The notes under the pieces: model-generated
Told to the model about the DNA's origin: nothing
Database searches by the model: none
The model's input: the letters and a program-made list of their open reading frames with translations, nothing else
Part shown: positions 31,796 to 41,808 of the stretch, one piece after another
Position numbering within the stretch: the stretch's first letter is position 1
How the letters are laid out: each line of letters opens with the position of its first letter
Assembly (NCBI RefSeq): GCF_028368995.1
Contig: NZ_JAQNDL010000003.1
Coordinates: 1,408,001-1,472,000, forward strand
Length of the DNA stretch: 64,000 nucleotides
Reading direction: 5' to 3'
Source of the DNA: Nannocystis bainbridge
Lineage (GTDB): Bacteria > Myxococcota_A > Polyangia > Nannocystales > Nannocystaceae
Made by a program: the position numbers and the translations under genes

Positions 31796-34417
31796 ATGCC
31801 GCGCGCCCTCGCCCGCCTGGCCCTGGCCTGTGCCCTGCTCGCCCCCGCGGCGGCCGAGGCTGCGCCTTGGGACATGCCCGCGAGCACAGGTCTCTTCGCA
31901 CCTGTCCTTTCGCGCATGTCCCTCCAGCCATCCTGGTACGCCGCCCTCGCCCCTGTCTCTGGCGCCATGTCCTTTCGGACATCCGCGCACGCCGCCCTCG
32001 CCCCGCTCCCCGGCAACCTGTCCCTCGGGACATCCGCTCCGCTCTTCGCCCCGCTCCCCGGCAACCTGTCCCTCGGGACATCCGCTCCGCTGCCCGCCGC
32101 CCTGCGCGCGCCCGTGCTCGCCGCCCCCGGCCCGCGCGTCCCCGCGACGCCCGGCGAGCCGGTGGTGAGCGGCGACGCCGTCCGCCTCCTGAGCGACGCC
32201 GAGGACGCGATCAAGGCCGCCGAGCAGCTCACCGCCGCGGCCGCGACCCCGAGCCCCGCCGAGCTGGCCGAGCGCCTCGTCGCCGGCCAGGTCCAGCTCG
32301 AGGGCGGCGACGCCGAGGGCGCCGCGATCATCTTCCTCGACCTGCTGGAGAACGCCCCCGGCACCCCCGCGGCCGTCCAGGCCCGCTACTACCTCGGCGA
32401 GGCGCTGCTGCTCCTGCGCATGCGTCGGTGGGCCAGCGAGTGCTTCTCGCTGACCCTCGCCGACGCCAGCCCCGAGGCGCGCCGCCTCCATCAGCGCAGC
32501 GTCGCCCGCCTGCTCGAGCTCGCCGCGCCCGCCCGCGCCCGCGGCCACGCGCGCAAGCAAGGCCTGTCGGTCATGCCCGAGCTGCGCGCGCGCATGCAGT
32601 CGGTCGGCCTCGACGGCGACCGCGGCCCCGGCAGCGAGCTCAGCGCCCTCGACGTCACGCGCCTGCGCGGGTGGGTCGCCGCCGTCCCGACCGAGCAGCG
32701 GATCCCCGAGCTGCGCTACGCCTGGGGCCGCTTCCTGTTCCTCTCGAAGGAGTACGCCGAGGCCCTGACCGAGCTCGACGGCATGGTCCCGGCGGACCTG
32801 CCTCTCGGGACATCCGCGCCCGCCTGGCGCAGCCTGCTGCGCGCCGTGTACGTCGCCGGCGCCGCCGCGGCCGCGCTCGGCCGCCTCGACGACGCGATCG
32901 TGCGCTTCGACCGGATCGTCGCCACGCGCACCCTGCCCGGCCCGGCGGAGCAGGAGATCCGCGAGCTGGCGTGGATGGCCCGCGCGCGCGTCTTCCACGA
33001 CCGCGGCGACTACGACGGCGCCCTGCTGTCGTACCGCTCGATCGGCCGCGCCTCGCCGCTGTACGCCTCGGCGCTCTACGAGATCGCGTGGACCCTGCTC
33101 CGCGCCGACCGCCACGAGGCCGCCCTCGCCGCGCTCGATCAGCTGCTGCGCGAGACCCCGCACAGCCCGGCCGCCGCCGAGGCCAAGTCGCTGCGCGGCA
33201 AGCTGCAGATCCGCCGCCGCAACTGGAAGGCCGCCGAGGACGAGTTCGCGGCCCTGCGCCGCCACTTCGACGACCAGTACAAGGCCGTCGCCCCGGCCCT
33301 CGCGGTCGGCAGCGACGCGCTCGACTACGTCGCCGCCGTCATCCGCTCCGACCCGCGCCACTTCGCCCTCGACACCCTCGTCCCGCGCGCCGCCATCCCG
33401 CTGGCGCGCAACCTGCCGCGCGCGGTGCAGGCCGAGCGCCTGGCCCGAGAGACAGGTGAGACCGAGCACCTGCTGCGCGAGACCCTGGCCCTGCTCGAGC
33501 GCATGGAGATCGCCGCGGCCTCGCCCGAGCGCGCGCTGCTGTTTACCGACCTCGGCGCCCACTGGCAGGCCCTCGACCGCGCCGGCCGCGACCTCGGCGA
33601 GGCCGGCGAGGCGCTGCTGCTCGCCGTCGGCCGCAGCCCGACCCGCGCCCTCACCGACATGCGCAGCGCCGTCGACGCTCTGTTCGAGCGGCCGTCCAAG
33701 CAGCTGCGCCGCGTCAGCGAAATGGGCGAACCGCTGGCCGACGCCCGCGCCGAGACCACCGCCGTGCGCGCGCGCCTCCACGGCCTCGAGTACATGCACC
33801 GCGAGTCGTCGCGCCGCGGCTCGCCCGACCCGTTCTTCCAGGAGGCCGCGGCCCTGCGCAGCGAGCTCGGCGCGCTCGAGGACAGCCTCGCCGACGCTCA
33901 CCGCGGCCTGCAGACCGCCCGCGCCACCCTGCGCTTCACCGACCCGCTGCCCGGCACCCGCCGCGACGCCATCGCCGCCCACAACCTCGTCGTCGGCAAC
34001 CTGTGGCCCGCCGGCGGCGGCGACGGCGTGCGCGAGCCGTGGCAACGTCGCCAGCGCCTCCTCATCCGCCTCGACGCCGCCCGCAAGCGCCTCGCCGCCG
34101 CCGCCCAGGCCCGCCTCGCCCGCGCCGTCGTCGTCCTGAAGGAAGAGCGCGACAACCTCGCCCGCTACCGCGACGAGCTCGAGGCCCTGCGCCCGCGCGC
34201 CGAGGTCACCGCCGCCGAGGCCGTGCACGCCGGCGTCCGCGACGTCGCCGCCGACCTCCGCTACTGGACGATCCGCGCCGACGTCGGCCTGCTCGACGTC
34301 GCCTGGGCCACCAAGGAAGCCGAGCTCGAGCAGGCCCGCGACCTCGAGCGCACCCGCGACCGCAGCCTCAAGAACATCGACCGCGCCGTCAACGAGGCGC
34401 TGGAGGACAGCGAGTGA
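31796..34417 (+). CDS. Secreted TPR and coiled-coil protein (GltC-like)
   Basis: Signal peptide, TPRs (ARYYLGEA, ALYEIAWTLL), long helical C-terminus; overlaps the next gene (GTGA). Confidence 0.75.
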   Translation: MPRALARLALACALLAPAAAEAAPWDMPASTGLFAPVLSRMSLQPSWYAALAPVSGAMSFRTSAHAALAPLPGNLSLGTSAPLFAPLPGNLSLGTSAPLPAALRAPVLAAPGPRVPATPGEPVVSGDAVRLLSDAEDAIKAAEQLTAAAATPSPAELAERLVAGQVQLEGGDAEGAAIIFLDLLENAPGTPAAVQARYYLGEALLLLRMRRWASECFSLTLADASPEARRLHQRSVARLLELAAPARARGHARKQGLSVMPELRARMQSVGLDGDRGPGSELSALDVTRLRGWVAAVPTEQRIPELRYAWGRFLFLSKEYAEALTELDGMVPADLPLGTSAPAWRSLLRAVYVAGAAAAALGRLDDAIVRFDRIVATRTLPGPAEQEIRELAWMARARVFHDRGDYDGALLSYRSIGRASPLYASALYEIAWTLLRADRHEAALAALDQLLRETPHSPAAAEAKSLRGKLQIRRRNWKAAEDEFAALRRHFDDQYKAVAPALAVGSDALDYVAAVIRSDPRHFALDTLVPRAAIPLARNLPRAVQAERLARETGETEHLLRETLALLERMEIAAASPERALLFTDLGAHWQALDRAGRDLGEAGEALLLAVGRSPTRALTDMRSAVDALFERPSKQLRRVSEMGEPLADARAETTAVRARLHGLEYMHRESSRRGSPDPFFQEAAALRSELGALEDSLADAHRGLQTARATLRFTDPLPGTRRDAIAAHNLVVGNLWPAGGGDGVREPWQRRQRLLIRLDAARKRLAAAAQARLARAVVVLKEERDNLARYRDELEALRPRAEVTAAEAVHAGVRDVAADLRYWTIRADVGLLDVAWATKEAELEQARDLERTRDRSLKNIDRAVNEALEDSE
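31871..32091. repeat. Intragenic 14-bp-phased array plus a 48-bp tandem duplication
   Basis: Cores at 31873, 31887, 31901, 31915, 31929 and at 31952, 31966, 31980. The 46-bp segment containing TGTCCCTCGGGACA is repeated at 31998 and 32046. Confidence 0.75.
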
Positions 34418-37400
34418 AGCGCCTGTCCTTTCGGCCATGGCTGTTCGGACCTGCTCTTTGGGCCCTGTCCCTTGCGACAGCATCGCCCGCCGCCGCCCTG
34501 CCGCGCAGCGAGCTGCCGCCGCCGTCGGGCTGGCAGGGCATCCTCGGCGAGCCGGGCTCGGGCAGCGCGCGTGAGCCGACCGGCGCGGTCGACCGGCGCG
34601 CGCTGTCGGTCCCGCCGGCGCGCCTGCCGAAGACCGCCGAGGACGACAAGGCCCTCTCCGACCTCGAGGCGATCTTCGCCCGCTACCGCCGCGCCGCCGC
34701 CGTCGCCGCCGACACCCTGGCCGTCGTCACCGTGGTCGAGGCCGAGCGCGGCCGCGGCAAGCTGCAGAAGCAGCTCGACGGCCAGATCGCCGCCCACAAG
34801 GCCAAGGCCCTGCAGCTGCGCGAGGCCGCGATCGCCCGCTACGACGGCTTCCTCAAGCAGAACCCGTCCGACCCGAGCTGGACCCCCGAGATCCTGTTCC
34901 GCCTGGCCGAGCTCCACTTCGAGTCCGACAACGAGCGATACGCACGCGCCGAGTCCGACTACGAAAAGGCGCTGCTCGCCTTCGAGGACCGCAAAGACAA
35001 GAAGCCACCTCCACGGCCCTCCGGGCCTGGTGCCGACGTCCCGCCCGACCCGCCGAAGGTCGACTACGCCAGGAGCGTCGCCCTGCTGCACGACCTCAAC
35101 GCCCGCTTCCCGTCCTACGTCCACGCCGACGCCGCCCTGTACTTGATGGCCGTCCTGCGCTTCGAAGAGGAGCGGTTCGACGAGAGCCGGCAGACCATGC
35201 TCGCGCTGGTGTGCGCCGACCGCTACGCCGTGCCCGGCCCCGACGGCAGCGGCGTCGTCCCGGCCAAGAACTTCCGCGCCGGCGACTACAACGGCTGCAA
35301 CCCGCGCAAGCCGGGCAGCAAGTACATCGCCGAGACCTGGCTGCGGATCGGCGAGCTCCACTACGACCTCGACGAGATGCGGCCCGCGCTCGAGGCTTAC
35401 ACCGAGGCCGCGCGCGACACCGGCGGCCCTTACTTCGACGAGGCGACCATCCGGATCGCCTGGACCCTCTATCTTCAGCGCGATTTCCCCGGCGCCGCCG
35501 CCCGCCTCGACGAGTACGTGCGCCTGGCCGAGAGCATGAAGGCCGCCGGCGACGACTCGGCGATGGCCCTGCGCGACGACGCCATCCGCTACATCGCCAA
35601 GTGTTACATCGAGGACGACTGGGACCTCGACGGCAACCCCGACCCCGCGATCGGCTTCGCCCGCCTCGAGCGCGACTACAAGGCCCGCGGCGGCGAGAAG
35701 CACGTCGCCGAGATCTACGCCGCGCTCGGCGACCTCTACGCCTTCCAGACCGACTTCAAGCTCGCCATCAAGATCTGGGACGCCGCCCTCGCCCGCTGGC
35801 CGACCGCCGCCGCCGCCCCGCTGCTGCAGAAGAAGATCCTCGACGCCCAGGTCGCGCTCGGCGACAAGAACGGGGCTCGCAACGCCCGCGACGCCCTCGC
35901 CAACAACTTCTTGCGCGGCACCCCGTGGTTCTACGCCAACGAGGCCGACACCGAGGCGATCGACGCGGCGATGAAGCTCGTCGAGGAGGCGCTGGTCGCC
36001 AGCGCCGTCGAGCGCCACGCCTACGCCCAGAGCTTGCGGGCCGCCGGCGACCCGCGGGCCGAGGAGGAGTACAAGAAGGCCGCGGCCGCCTACGCCGCCT
36101 ACCTCCTGCGCTACCCCGACACCCCGTCCTCGTACCAATACCGCTACGACTACGCCGAGAGCCTCTATTACTCCGGCCAGTTCCTCGAGGCCGCGCGCGA
36201 GTACATCATCGTGCGCGACAGCAACACCGCCGCCAGCCGCCAGATCGACGCCGCCGAGGGCGTGGTGTTCTCGCTCGAGGACTTCGTCGACGCCGAGCAG
36301 AAGGCCGGCAAGCTGACCCTGCCGGACCTGCCGAAGCAGGACGTCGCCAAGCCGCCCTTCGACCCCAAGCCGATCCCCGAGGCCCTGGTCGCGCTGCAGG
36401 CCGCCTACGACAAGCTGGTCGCCATCAAGCCCGACGCCAAGGCCGCCGGCAGCCTGGCCTTCAAGTCAGGCGCGATCAGCCAGCGCTACATGCACTGGGA
36501 CGAGGCCGAGACCCGCTTCACCCGCGTCATCGACGACTACTGCGGCGAGAACGTCGCCATCAACGCCGGCTTCTCGATCATCGACGGCAAGGTCATCCGC
36601 GGCGACCTCAAGGCCGCGCAGGAGTGGACCGAGAAGCTGCTGCAGAAGGGCTGCGGCGACGCCGAGCAGAGCGAGAAGTTCGCCGGCGACCTCAAGACCC
36701 TCGGCAACGCGGTCCGCTTCAAGGAGGCCAACCAGCTGTTCGAGGCCGGCGAGTTCGAGGCCGCCGCCGACCGCTACACCGCGCTCGTCGACCAGGCCCC
36801 GAAGGACCCCAACGCCGACCGCGCGCTCAACAACGCCGCCGTCGCCTACGAGAAGATCGGCCGCTTCGGCAGCGCCTCCAAGACCTACGAGCGCATCTAC
36901 AAGCAGTACCCGGACAGCGAGTTCGCCGACGACGCCCTGCTGCGCTCGGGCCTCAACCACGTCCGCTTCTTCGAGTTCGACGACGCCGTCGCCAGCTACC
37001 TCGTGCTGGCCCAGGACGAGCGCTACAAGGACTCCGAGCACCGCCTGCTCGCGCTCAAGAACGCCGCCGACCTGCTCGACAACCTCCAGCAGTACAAGAA
37101 ATCGTCGGACCTGTTCGTCCGCTACGCCGCCAAGACCACCGACCCCAAGGAGGCCGCGGACGCCAGCTTCCGCGCCGCCTCGGTGCTCGGCAAGACCGAC
37201 GACCACAAGGCCGCCGAGACCGCCTTCGCCGCCTTCCTCGCCAAGTTCGGCGCCGACCCGACGCAGGCCGCCAAGTCGGTCGAGGCCCACCTGCGGATCG
37301 GCGAGGCCCGCTCCGCTCGCGGCGACCGCAAGGGCGCCGAGACGGCCTACCGCGAGTGCGTCGCGCTCTACACCGCCCGCGGCCTGCAGGCCGCCAGCGA

Positions 37401-37905
37401 CGCCGCCGACTTCCCGTCCGAGGCCCAGTTCCTGCTCTCCGAGTTCAGCCTGTCCGACCTGCTCGATTTTAAGCTGACCGGCACCGGCAAGAAGTTCGCA
37501 GACAGCGCCAAGGTCCTGTTCGACAAGGTCGTCGCGGCCAGCAAGTCCTACGACTCCGTGTTCCCCTACCGCCGGATCGAGTGGGTGCTGGCGGCGATGT
37601 TCCGCCGCGGCTACGCCTTCGAGGTGACCGCGATCAAGATCCGCGAGGCCCCGGTCCCGCGCGAGCTCAAGGAGTACAGCGAGCCCTGGTTCGCCTACAA
37701 GGACATCGTCGAGACCGAGGCGGGCAAGTTCGAGGCCAAGGCGATCCAGCTGTACGAGGAGACGATCAAGCGCGGCAAGGAGTACGGCGTCGCCAGCGAG
37801 TGGACCAAAAAGGCCCTCGAGCGCATGAACATCTACAAGCCCGACCAGTACCCGCTGCTGCACGACGCCGCCGTCGACCTGCAGGTGGAGGACCGGCGCC
37901 GATGA
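34414..37905 (+). CDS. Large periplasmic TPR protein (GltD/AgmU-like)
   Basis: PEILFRLAELH, two TPR clusters, C-terminal KAIQLYE..IK.G..YGVASEWT..ALERMN...P..YP pattern. Confidence 0.8.
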   Translation: MKRLSFRPWLFGPALWALSLATASPAAALPRSELPPPSGWQGILGEPGSGSAREPTGAVDRRALSVPPARLPKTAEDDKALSDLEAIFARYRRAAAVAADTLAVVTVVEAERGRGKLQKQLDGQIAAHKAKALQLREAAIARYDGFLKQNPSDPSWTPEILFRLAELHFESDNERYARAESDYEKALLAFEDRKDKKPPPRPSGPGADVPPDPPKVDYARSVALLHDLNARFPSYVHADAALYLMAVLRFEEERFDESRQTMLALVCADRYAVPGPDGSGVVPAKNFRAGDYNGCNPRKPGSKYIAETWLRIGELHYDLDEMRPALEAYTEAARDTGGPYFDEATIRIAWTLYLQRDFPGAAARLDEYVRLAESMKAAGDDSAMALRDDAIRYIAKCYIEDDWDLDGNPDPAIGFARLERDYKARGGEKHVAEIYAALGDLYAFQTDFKLAIKIWDAALARWPTAAAAPLLQKKILDAQVALGDKNGARNARDALANNFLRGTPWFYANEADTEAIDAAMKLVEEALVASAVERHAYAQSLRAAGDPRAEEEYKKAAAAYAAYLLRYPDTPSSYQYRYDYAESLYYSGQFLEAAREYIIVRDSNTAASRQIDAAEGVVFSLEDFVDAEQKAGKLTLPDLPKQDVAKPPFDPKPIPEALVALQAAYDKLVAIKPDAKAAGSLAFKSGAISQRYMHWDEAETRFTRVIDDYCGENVAINAGFSIIDGKVIRGDLKAAQEWTEKLLQKGCGDAEQSEKFAGDLKTLGNAVRFKEANQLFEAGEFEAAADRYTALVDQAPKDPNADRALNNAAVAYEKIGRFGSASKTYERIYKQYPDSEFADDALLRSGLNHVRFFEFDDAVASYLVLAQDERYKDSEHRLLALKNAADLLDNLQQYKKSSDLFVRYAAKTTDPKEAADASFRAASVLGKTDDHKAAETAFAAFLAKFGADPTQAAKSVEAHLRIGEARSARGDRKGAETAYRECVALYTARGLQAASDAADFPSEAQFLLSEFSLSDLLDFKLTGTGKKFADSAKVLFDKVVAASKSYDSVFPYRRIEWVLAAMFRRGYAFEVTAIKIREAPVPRELKEYSEPWFAYKDIVETEAGKFEAKAIQLYEETIKRGKEYGVASEWTKKALERMNIYKPDQYPLLHDAAVDLQVEDRRR

Positions 37906-39662
37906 CTGTGCTTCGGGACATGTCCGTTCGCACCTGTCTCTTGGGACTTTTGCTCGTCCTCGCGTGCGACAAGCCGGCCGGCGAGTCGACCCCGCCGGGC
38001 AAGACCGCCGCCGCCGAGCCCGACGCCAATTGGAAGCCCGAGGCCGTCGAAAAGCCCGCCGAGCCCGCCGCGAGCGACAAGCCCGCGGCCAAGAAGAACC
38101 GCGACCGCGACCCCGAGGAGGAGCGGCGCAAGCTGGCGGCCTCGCACCAGCAGAGCCAGCAGGCCGGCCAGTCGCTGCGCCAGGGCGACCTCTCCCGCGC
38201 GCTCGACCTCTCGCGCGAGGCCCTGCGGATCCACGAGCAGAACGTCGACGCCATGCTCGTCATGGCCGAGGCCTTCCTCAAGCAGGGCAAGCACGAGCTG
38301 ACCCAGACCGTCACCAGCTCGGCGCTCGCCGTCGACGCCAAGGTCATCACCCCCGAGGAGACCTCGCGCGCCTACAACCTCAAGGGCTTCGCCTACCTCG
38401 CCGCCGACAAGCCGACGCTCGCCACCCAGTCGTTCCGCAAGGCCGCCGAGACCGACGCCGGCAACGCCACCGCGTGGAACAACCTCGGCGCGCAGTACCT
38501 CCGCACCGGCAACTTCAAGACCGCCAGCGAGTGCTTCATCTACGCGCTGAAGCTCGACCCCAACTTCTTCAAGGCCCACCTCAACCACGGCAGCGCGCTG
38601 CGGGCTCTGGGTGACGTCGTCGGCGCCGAGAAGGCCTACCAGGCCGCGCTGCGCCTGCGCGCCGACTACCCTGACGCCCACTTCGACCTCGGCGTGCTCT
38701 ACCTCGACGCACCCGAGTTCCCCGGCCTCGACATCACGACCCGCCTGCAGCGCGCGCTGATCCACTTCGGCAAGTACCGCGACCTCGCCCTCGCCAGCGG
38801 CGGCGGCGCGGCCAAGGGAGATCGCTTCACCGATCTCAAACGCGACACCGGCGCCAACAAACCCCGCACGGCCCCGGGCAAGGAGTCGGTCAGCGTCGCC
38901 CAGGCCGACCTCTACATCGACCTTGCCAAGAAAGGCCTCGAGCGCGAAAAGCGGCGCCTGGAGCGCGAGGGCAAGTCGCCACCTGTCTCGAAGGACAGCC
39001 CGGCCGCCCCCGGCACCGCGACCTCACCTGGCCCCAAGGACAGCCTGCCGGCCGCGGCCACGCCCGCCGCAGCCTCGACTGCACCTGGCCCCAAGGACAG
39101 CTCGCCGACGAAGCCCGGCGAGCCCCCGGCCGCGACCAATCCGACTCCGGGCAGCCCGGCCGGCTCGCCCAAGCCAGGCGCCTCCACCCCCGCCGCCAGC
39201 CCGCCGACCGCCGGCTCGCCCACGGCCGCCAAGCCCGGTGCCTCGGCCCCGCCGACGGCCACGACCCCGCCGCCCGCCGGCCCCGGCAGCTCCGGACCCG
39301 CCGCCACCCCTCCGGCCGCCAGTTCGCCCGCCACCACCCCGCCGGCCACCGCCAAGCCCGGCGCCCCGCCGCCGGCCACCGCCAAGCCCGGCACGCCGCC
39401 GCCGGCCACCGCCAAGCCTGGCACGCCGCCGCCCGGCAATGCGCCCCCGGCCACCCCGCCGGCCGCCAGCGCGCCCTCGGCCACCCCGCCACCGACCGCC
39501 AAGCCGGGCGGGACCGCTCCCCCGCCGACCGCGACCGCCAAGCCTGGCGAAGCCCCTCCCACGGCGAAGCCCGGGGCTCCGCCGCCGTCGGCCCAGAAGC
39601 CCGGAAGTGCGGCGTCGCCCACCCAGAAGCCGGGCGGCAATGGGGGCGCGAGCGCCCCATGA
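37902..39662 (+). CDS. TPR lipoprotein (GltE/AglT-like) with a long Pro/Ala/Thr-rich tail
   Basis: Lipobox VLAC; TPRs AWNNLGA, AHLNHGSALR, AHFDLGVLYL; PPPATAKPG repeats. Start may be 37920. Confidence 0.8.
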   Translation: MTVLRDMSVRTCLLGLLLVLACDKPAGESTPPGKTAAAEPDANWKPEAVEKPAEPAASDKPAAKKNRDRDPEEERRKLAASHQQSQQAGQSLRQGDLSRALDLSREALRIHEQNVDAMLVMAEAFLKQGKHELTQTVTSSALAVDAKVITPEETSRAYNLKGFAYLAADKPTLATQSFRKAAETDAGNATAWNNLGAQYLRTGNFKTASECFIYALKLDPNFFKAHLNHGSALRALGDVVGAEKAYQAALRLRADYPDAHFDLGVLYLDAPEFPGLDITTRLQRALIHFGKYRDLALASGGGAAKGDRFTDLKRDTGANKPRTAPGKESVSVAQADLYIDLAKKGLEREKRRLEREGKSPPVSKDSPAAPGTATSPGPKDSLPAAATPAAASTAPGPKDSSPTKPGEPPAATNPTPGSPAGSPKPGASTPAASPPTAGSPTAAKPGASAPPTATTPPPAGPGSSGPAATPPAASSPATTPPATAKPGAPPPATAKPGTPPPATAKPGTPPPGNAPPATPPAASAPSATPPPTAKPGGTAPPPTATAKPGEAPPTAKPGAPPPSAQKPGSAASPTQKPGGNGGASAP

Positions 39663-40000
39663 GAAAATCGGCCGGAGTGATCTCCGCCATCCGGAAAAAA
39701 TTCGCGAACCGGTGTCGCCGATCGAGACCGCCGCTCCACCCCGCCCGTTTGGCCTCCACCGTGGCGACGGAACTCCGCAGCGAGACGATGGCTGGCGAAT
39801 CGGGGCGCCCTGCGCGATCGGTCGCCGCTTCGTCGGTCCGCCGCGGCCCCGTCCTTCATCCCCGCAGCGGTCGACCGACCGGGGGCTCGCCACCAACTCG
39901 TTGGTGGAATTCTCCGCGGCGTTCACTGTATAACGCGGTCGTGCTCCGCTCACACCGTTCTGTCGCCGTCCGCCCGCTCCCGGGCCTGGGCCGCGCGCGG

Positions 40001-40315
40001 ATGTGGCAGCTGCTCGTGTTCCTGATCGTGCTCGCGCCCGTCACGGCCCCGGCCCTGGCGCTCGCAGCCCCGCCGCCGGCGCCCGCATCAGGGTCGGGCA
40101 CCAAGGCGGCCAAGACCTCGACCCGGGCTCCCGAGCCCACCCCCGGCGGCAAGAAGGTGATCTCGCTCGACGACGAGTTCCTCGTCGAGGGCCAGTTGGA
40201 GAAGCCGAGTGCGTTCTACGTGCTGCGGCGCTCGTCCACGGATTACGACTGGGCGCGTCTCGACGCGACCATGACTCCGCTGGTGCTTGAAAGTGTCTGG
40301 GATCCTTTGTTCTAA
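40001..40315 (+). CDS. Small secreted GltF/CglF-like protein
   Basis: Signal peptide; KKVISLDDEFLVEGQLEKPSAFYVLRR motif; position between GltE-like and AglR-like genes. Confidence 0.7.
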   Translation: MWQLLVFLIVLAPVTAPALALAAPPPAPASGSGTKAAKTSTRAPEPTPGGKKVISLDDEFLVEGQLEKPSAFYVLRRSSTDYDWARLDATMTPLVLESVWDPLF

Positions 40316-40498
40316 TGGACCCTGAAAAAGCTTCAGGTGCCTGAAGGCCTGAGAAGACAACGCGGGTCGGGCGCTCTCCGCGCGCGAAAGCTCCCGCACC
40401 CGAGTCCGAACCCACAACAACCACCACAGCCGGGACGAACCCGGTCCACGAGCGACACATCGGGATCACACCCCGGTCTCTGAGGAGGATAAGCGGCC

Positions 40499-41128
40499 AT
40501 GGATTTTGCGCAGTTTTACCAGGAAGGCGGCGTCTGGATGCACCCGATCGCCGTGTGCGCCGTGCTCGGTGCCGGCGTCATGATCGAGCGCTTCATTTTC
40601 TTGTTCTTCCGCTTCAACATCAACGGCGCTCAGTTCTTCAACCAGATCCAGAAGCTGGTGATGGCGAACAACATCGACCGCGCCATCAAGCTGTGCAACG
40701 CCGCTGACAAGGCTGCGCTCGCCCGCGTGATGAAGGCCGGTCTGACCCGCGCCAACAAGAGCGAGGCGGACATCGCCGCGGCGATCGAGGAGGCGATGCT
40801 CGAGGTTTCGCCGGCGATCACCAAGCGCATCTCGATGATCGCGGCCGTCGCGAACATCGCCACGCTGCTCGGTCTGCTCGGGACGATCTTCGGCATGATC
40901 GACGCCTTCACTGCGGTGGCCGTGGCGGCCGCCGACCAGCGGTCGCAGGCGCTCGCGAAGGGCATCTCGATCGCCATCAACACCACGGGCTTCGGCCTCA
41001 TGGTGGCGATCCCGCTGCTCTCGGCGCAGGTCTTCATCCAGGGCCTGGCCAAGAAGATCGCCGACGAGGTCGACCTCTACGCGGTCAAGCTCGAGAACCT
41101 CCTCGCCGCGCGGGTGCGTCAGGGGTAA
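40499..41128 (+). CDS. MotA/TolQ/ExbB proton-channel subunit (AglR-like)
   Basis: GAGGAGG RBS; ATLLGLLGTIFGMI, LAKGISIAINTTGFGLMVAIP. Confidence 0.92.
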   Translation: MDFAQFYQEGGVWMHPIAVCAVLGAGVMIERFIFLFFRFNINGAQFFNQIQKLVMANNIDRAIKLCNAADKAALARVMKAGLTRANKSEADIAAAIEEAMLEVSPAITKRISMIAAVANIATLLGLLGTIFGMIDAFTAVAVAAADQRSQALAKGISIAINTTGFGLMVAIPLLSAQVFIQGLAKKIADEVDLYAVKLENLLAARVRQG

Positions 41129-41232
41129 GGCGGTCCGGCTCGAAGCCTGTTCACGAGGACATGTCCTTCAAGACAGACCCAGGGCCGACCGCAGACCAAC
41201 TCTCCACCCGAGCGAAAGAAAGGAGGTGAACG

Positions 41233-41808
41233 ATGCCCCGTAAGAAGATGGAGGAAGAGGAGATTGAGGCGAACCTCTTGCCGGTCATGAACGTGATGTT
41301 CTTGATGATCCCGGCGCTGCTGATGGCGATGGAATTCGCCCAGATGGCCTCGATCAACGTCTCGCCGCCGAAGTTCGCGGCTGCTGCTCAGCAGAAGGAC
41401 GAGGAGCAGAAGAAGGACGAGAAGCCGCTCAACCTCAAGGTCTTCGTCATGGAGGACGGCTTCCGCGTCAGCGCGGATGGTCAGCAGGAGGGCGCCGAGG
41501 CCGGCAAGTCGCAAGACTCCAAGGCCCCGACGATCGGCCTCGCCAAGCAGGGCGCGCCGCTCAACGACTACGAGCGTTACGACTACGCCCAGCTCGAGGC
41601 CAAGGCCAAGGGCTACAAGCAGCTGTTCCCGAACGAGGCGGTGGTCACGGTGAGCGCCGAGGCCAACATCCCGATGCAGTCCATCATCATGACGATGGAC
41701 GCCCTGGCGGGCACCAAGTGCAAGCTCGCCAAGGCCCTCAAGGGCGGCGAGAAGATCCCCGACGATTGCTACTTCTGGCAGCCGATCGTGGAAGGGGGTG
41801 CGAGCTGA
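41233..41808 (+). CDS. ExbD/TolR family subunit (AglQ-like), Asn at the canonical Asp position
   Basis: AGGAGG RBS; EANLLPVMNVMFLMIPALL TM segment; VSAEANIPMQSIIMTMDA. Confidence 0.85.
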   Translation: MPRKKMEEEEIEANLLPVMNVMFLMIPALLMAMEFAQMASINVSPPKFAAAAQQKDEEQKKDEKPLNLKVFVMEDGFRVSADGQQEGAEAGKSQDSKAPTIGLAKQGAPLNDYERYDYAQLEAKAKGYKQLFPNEAVVTVSAEANIPMQSIIMTMDALAGTKCKLAKALKGGEKIPDDCYFWQPIVEGGAS

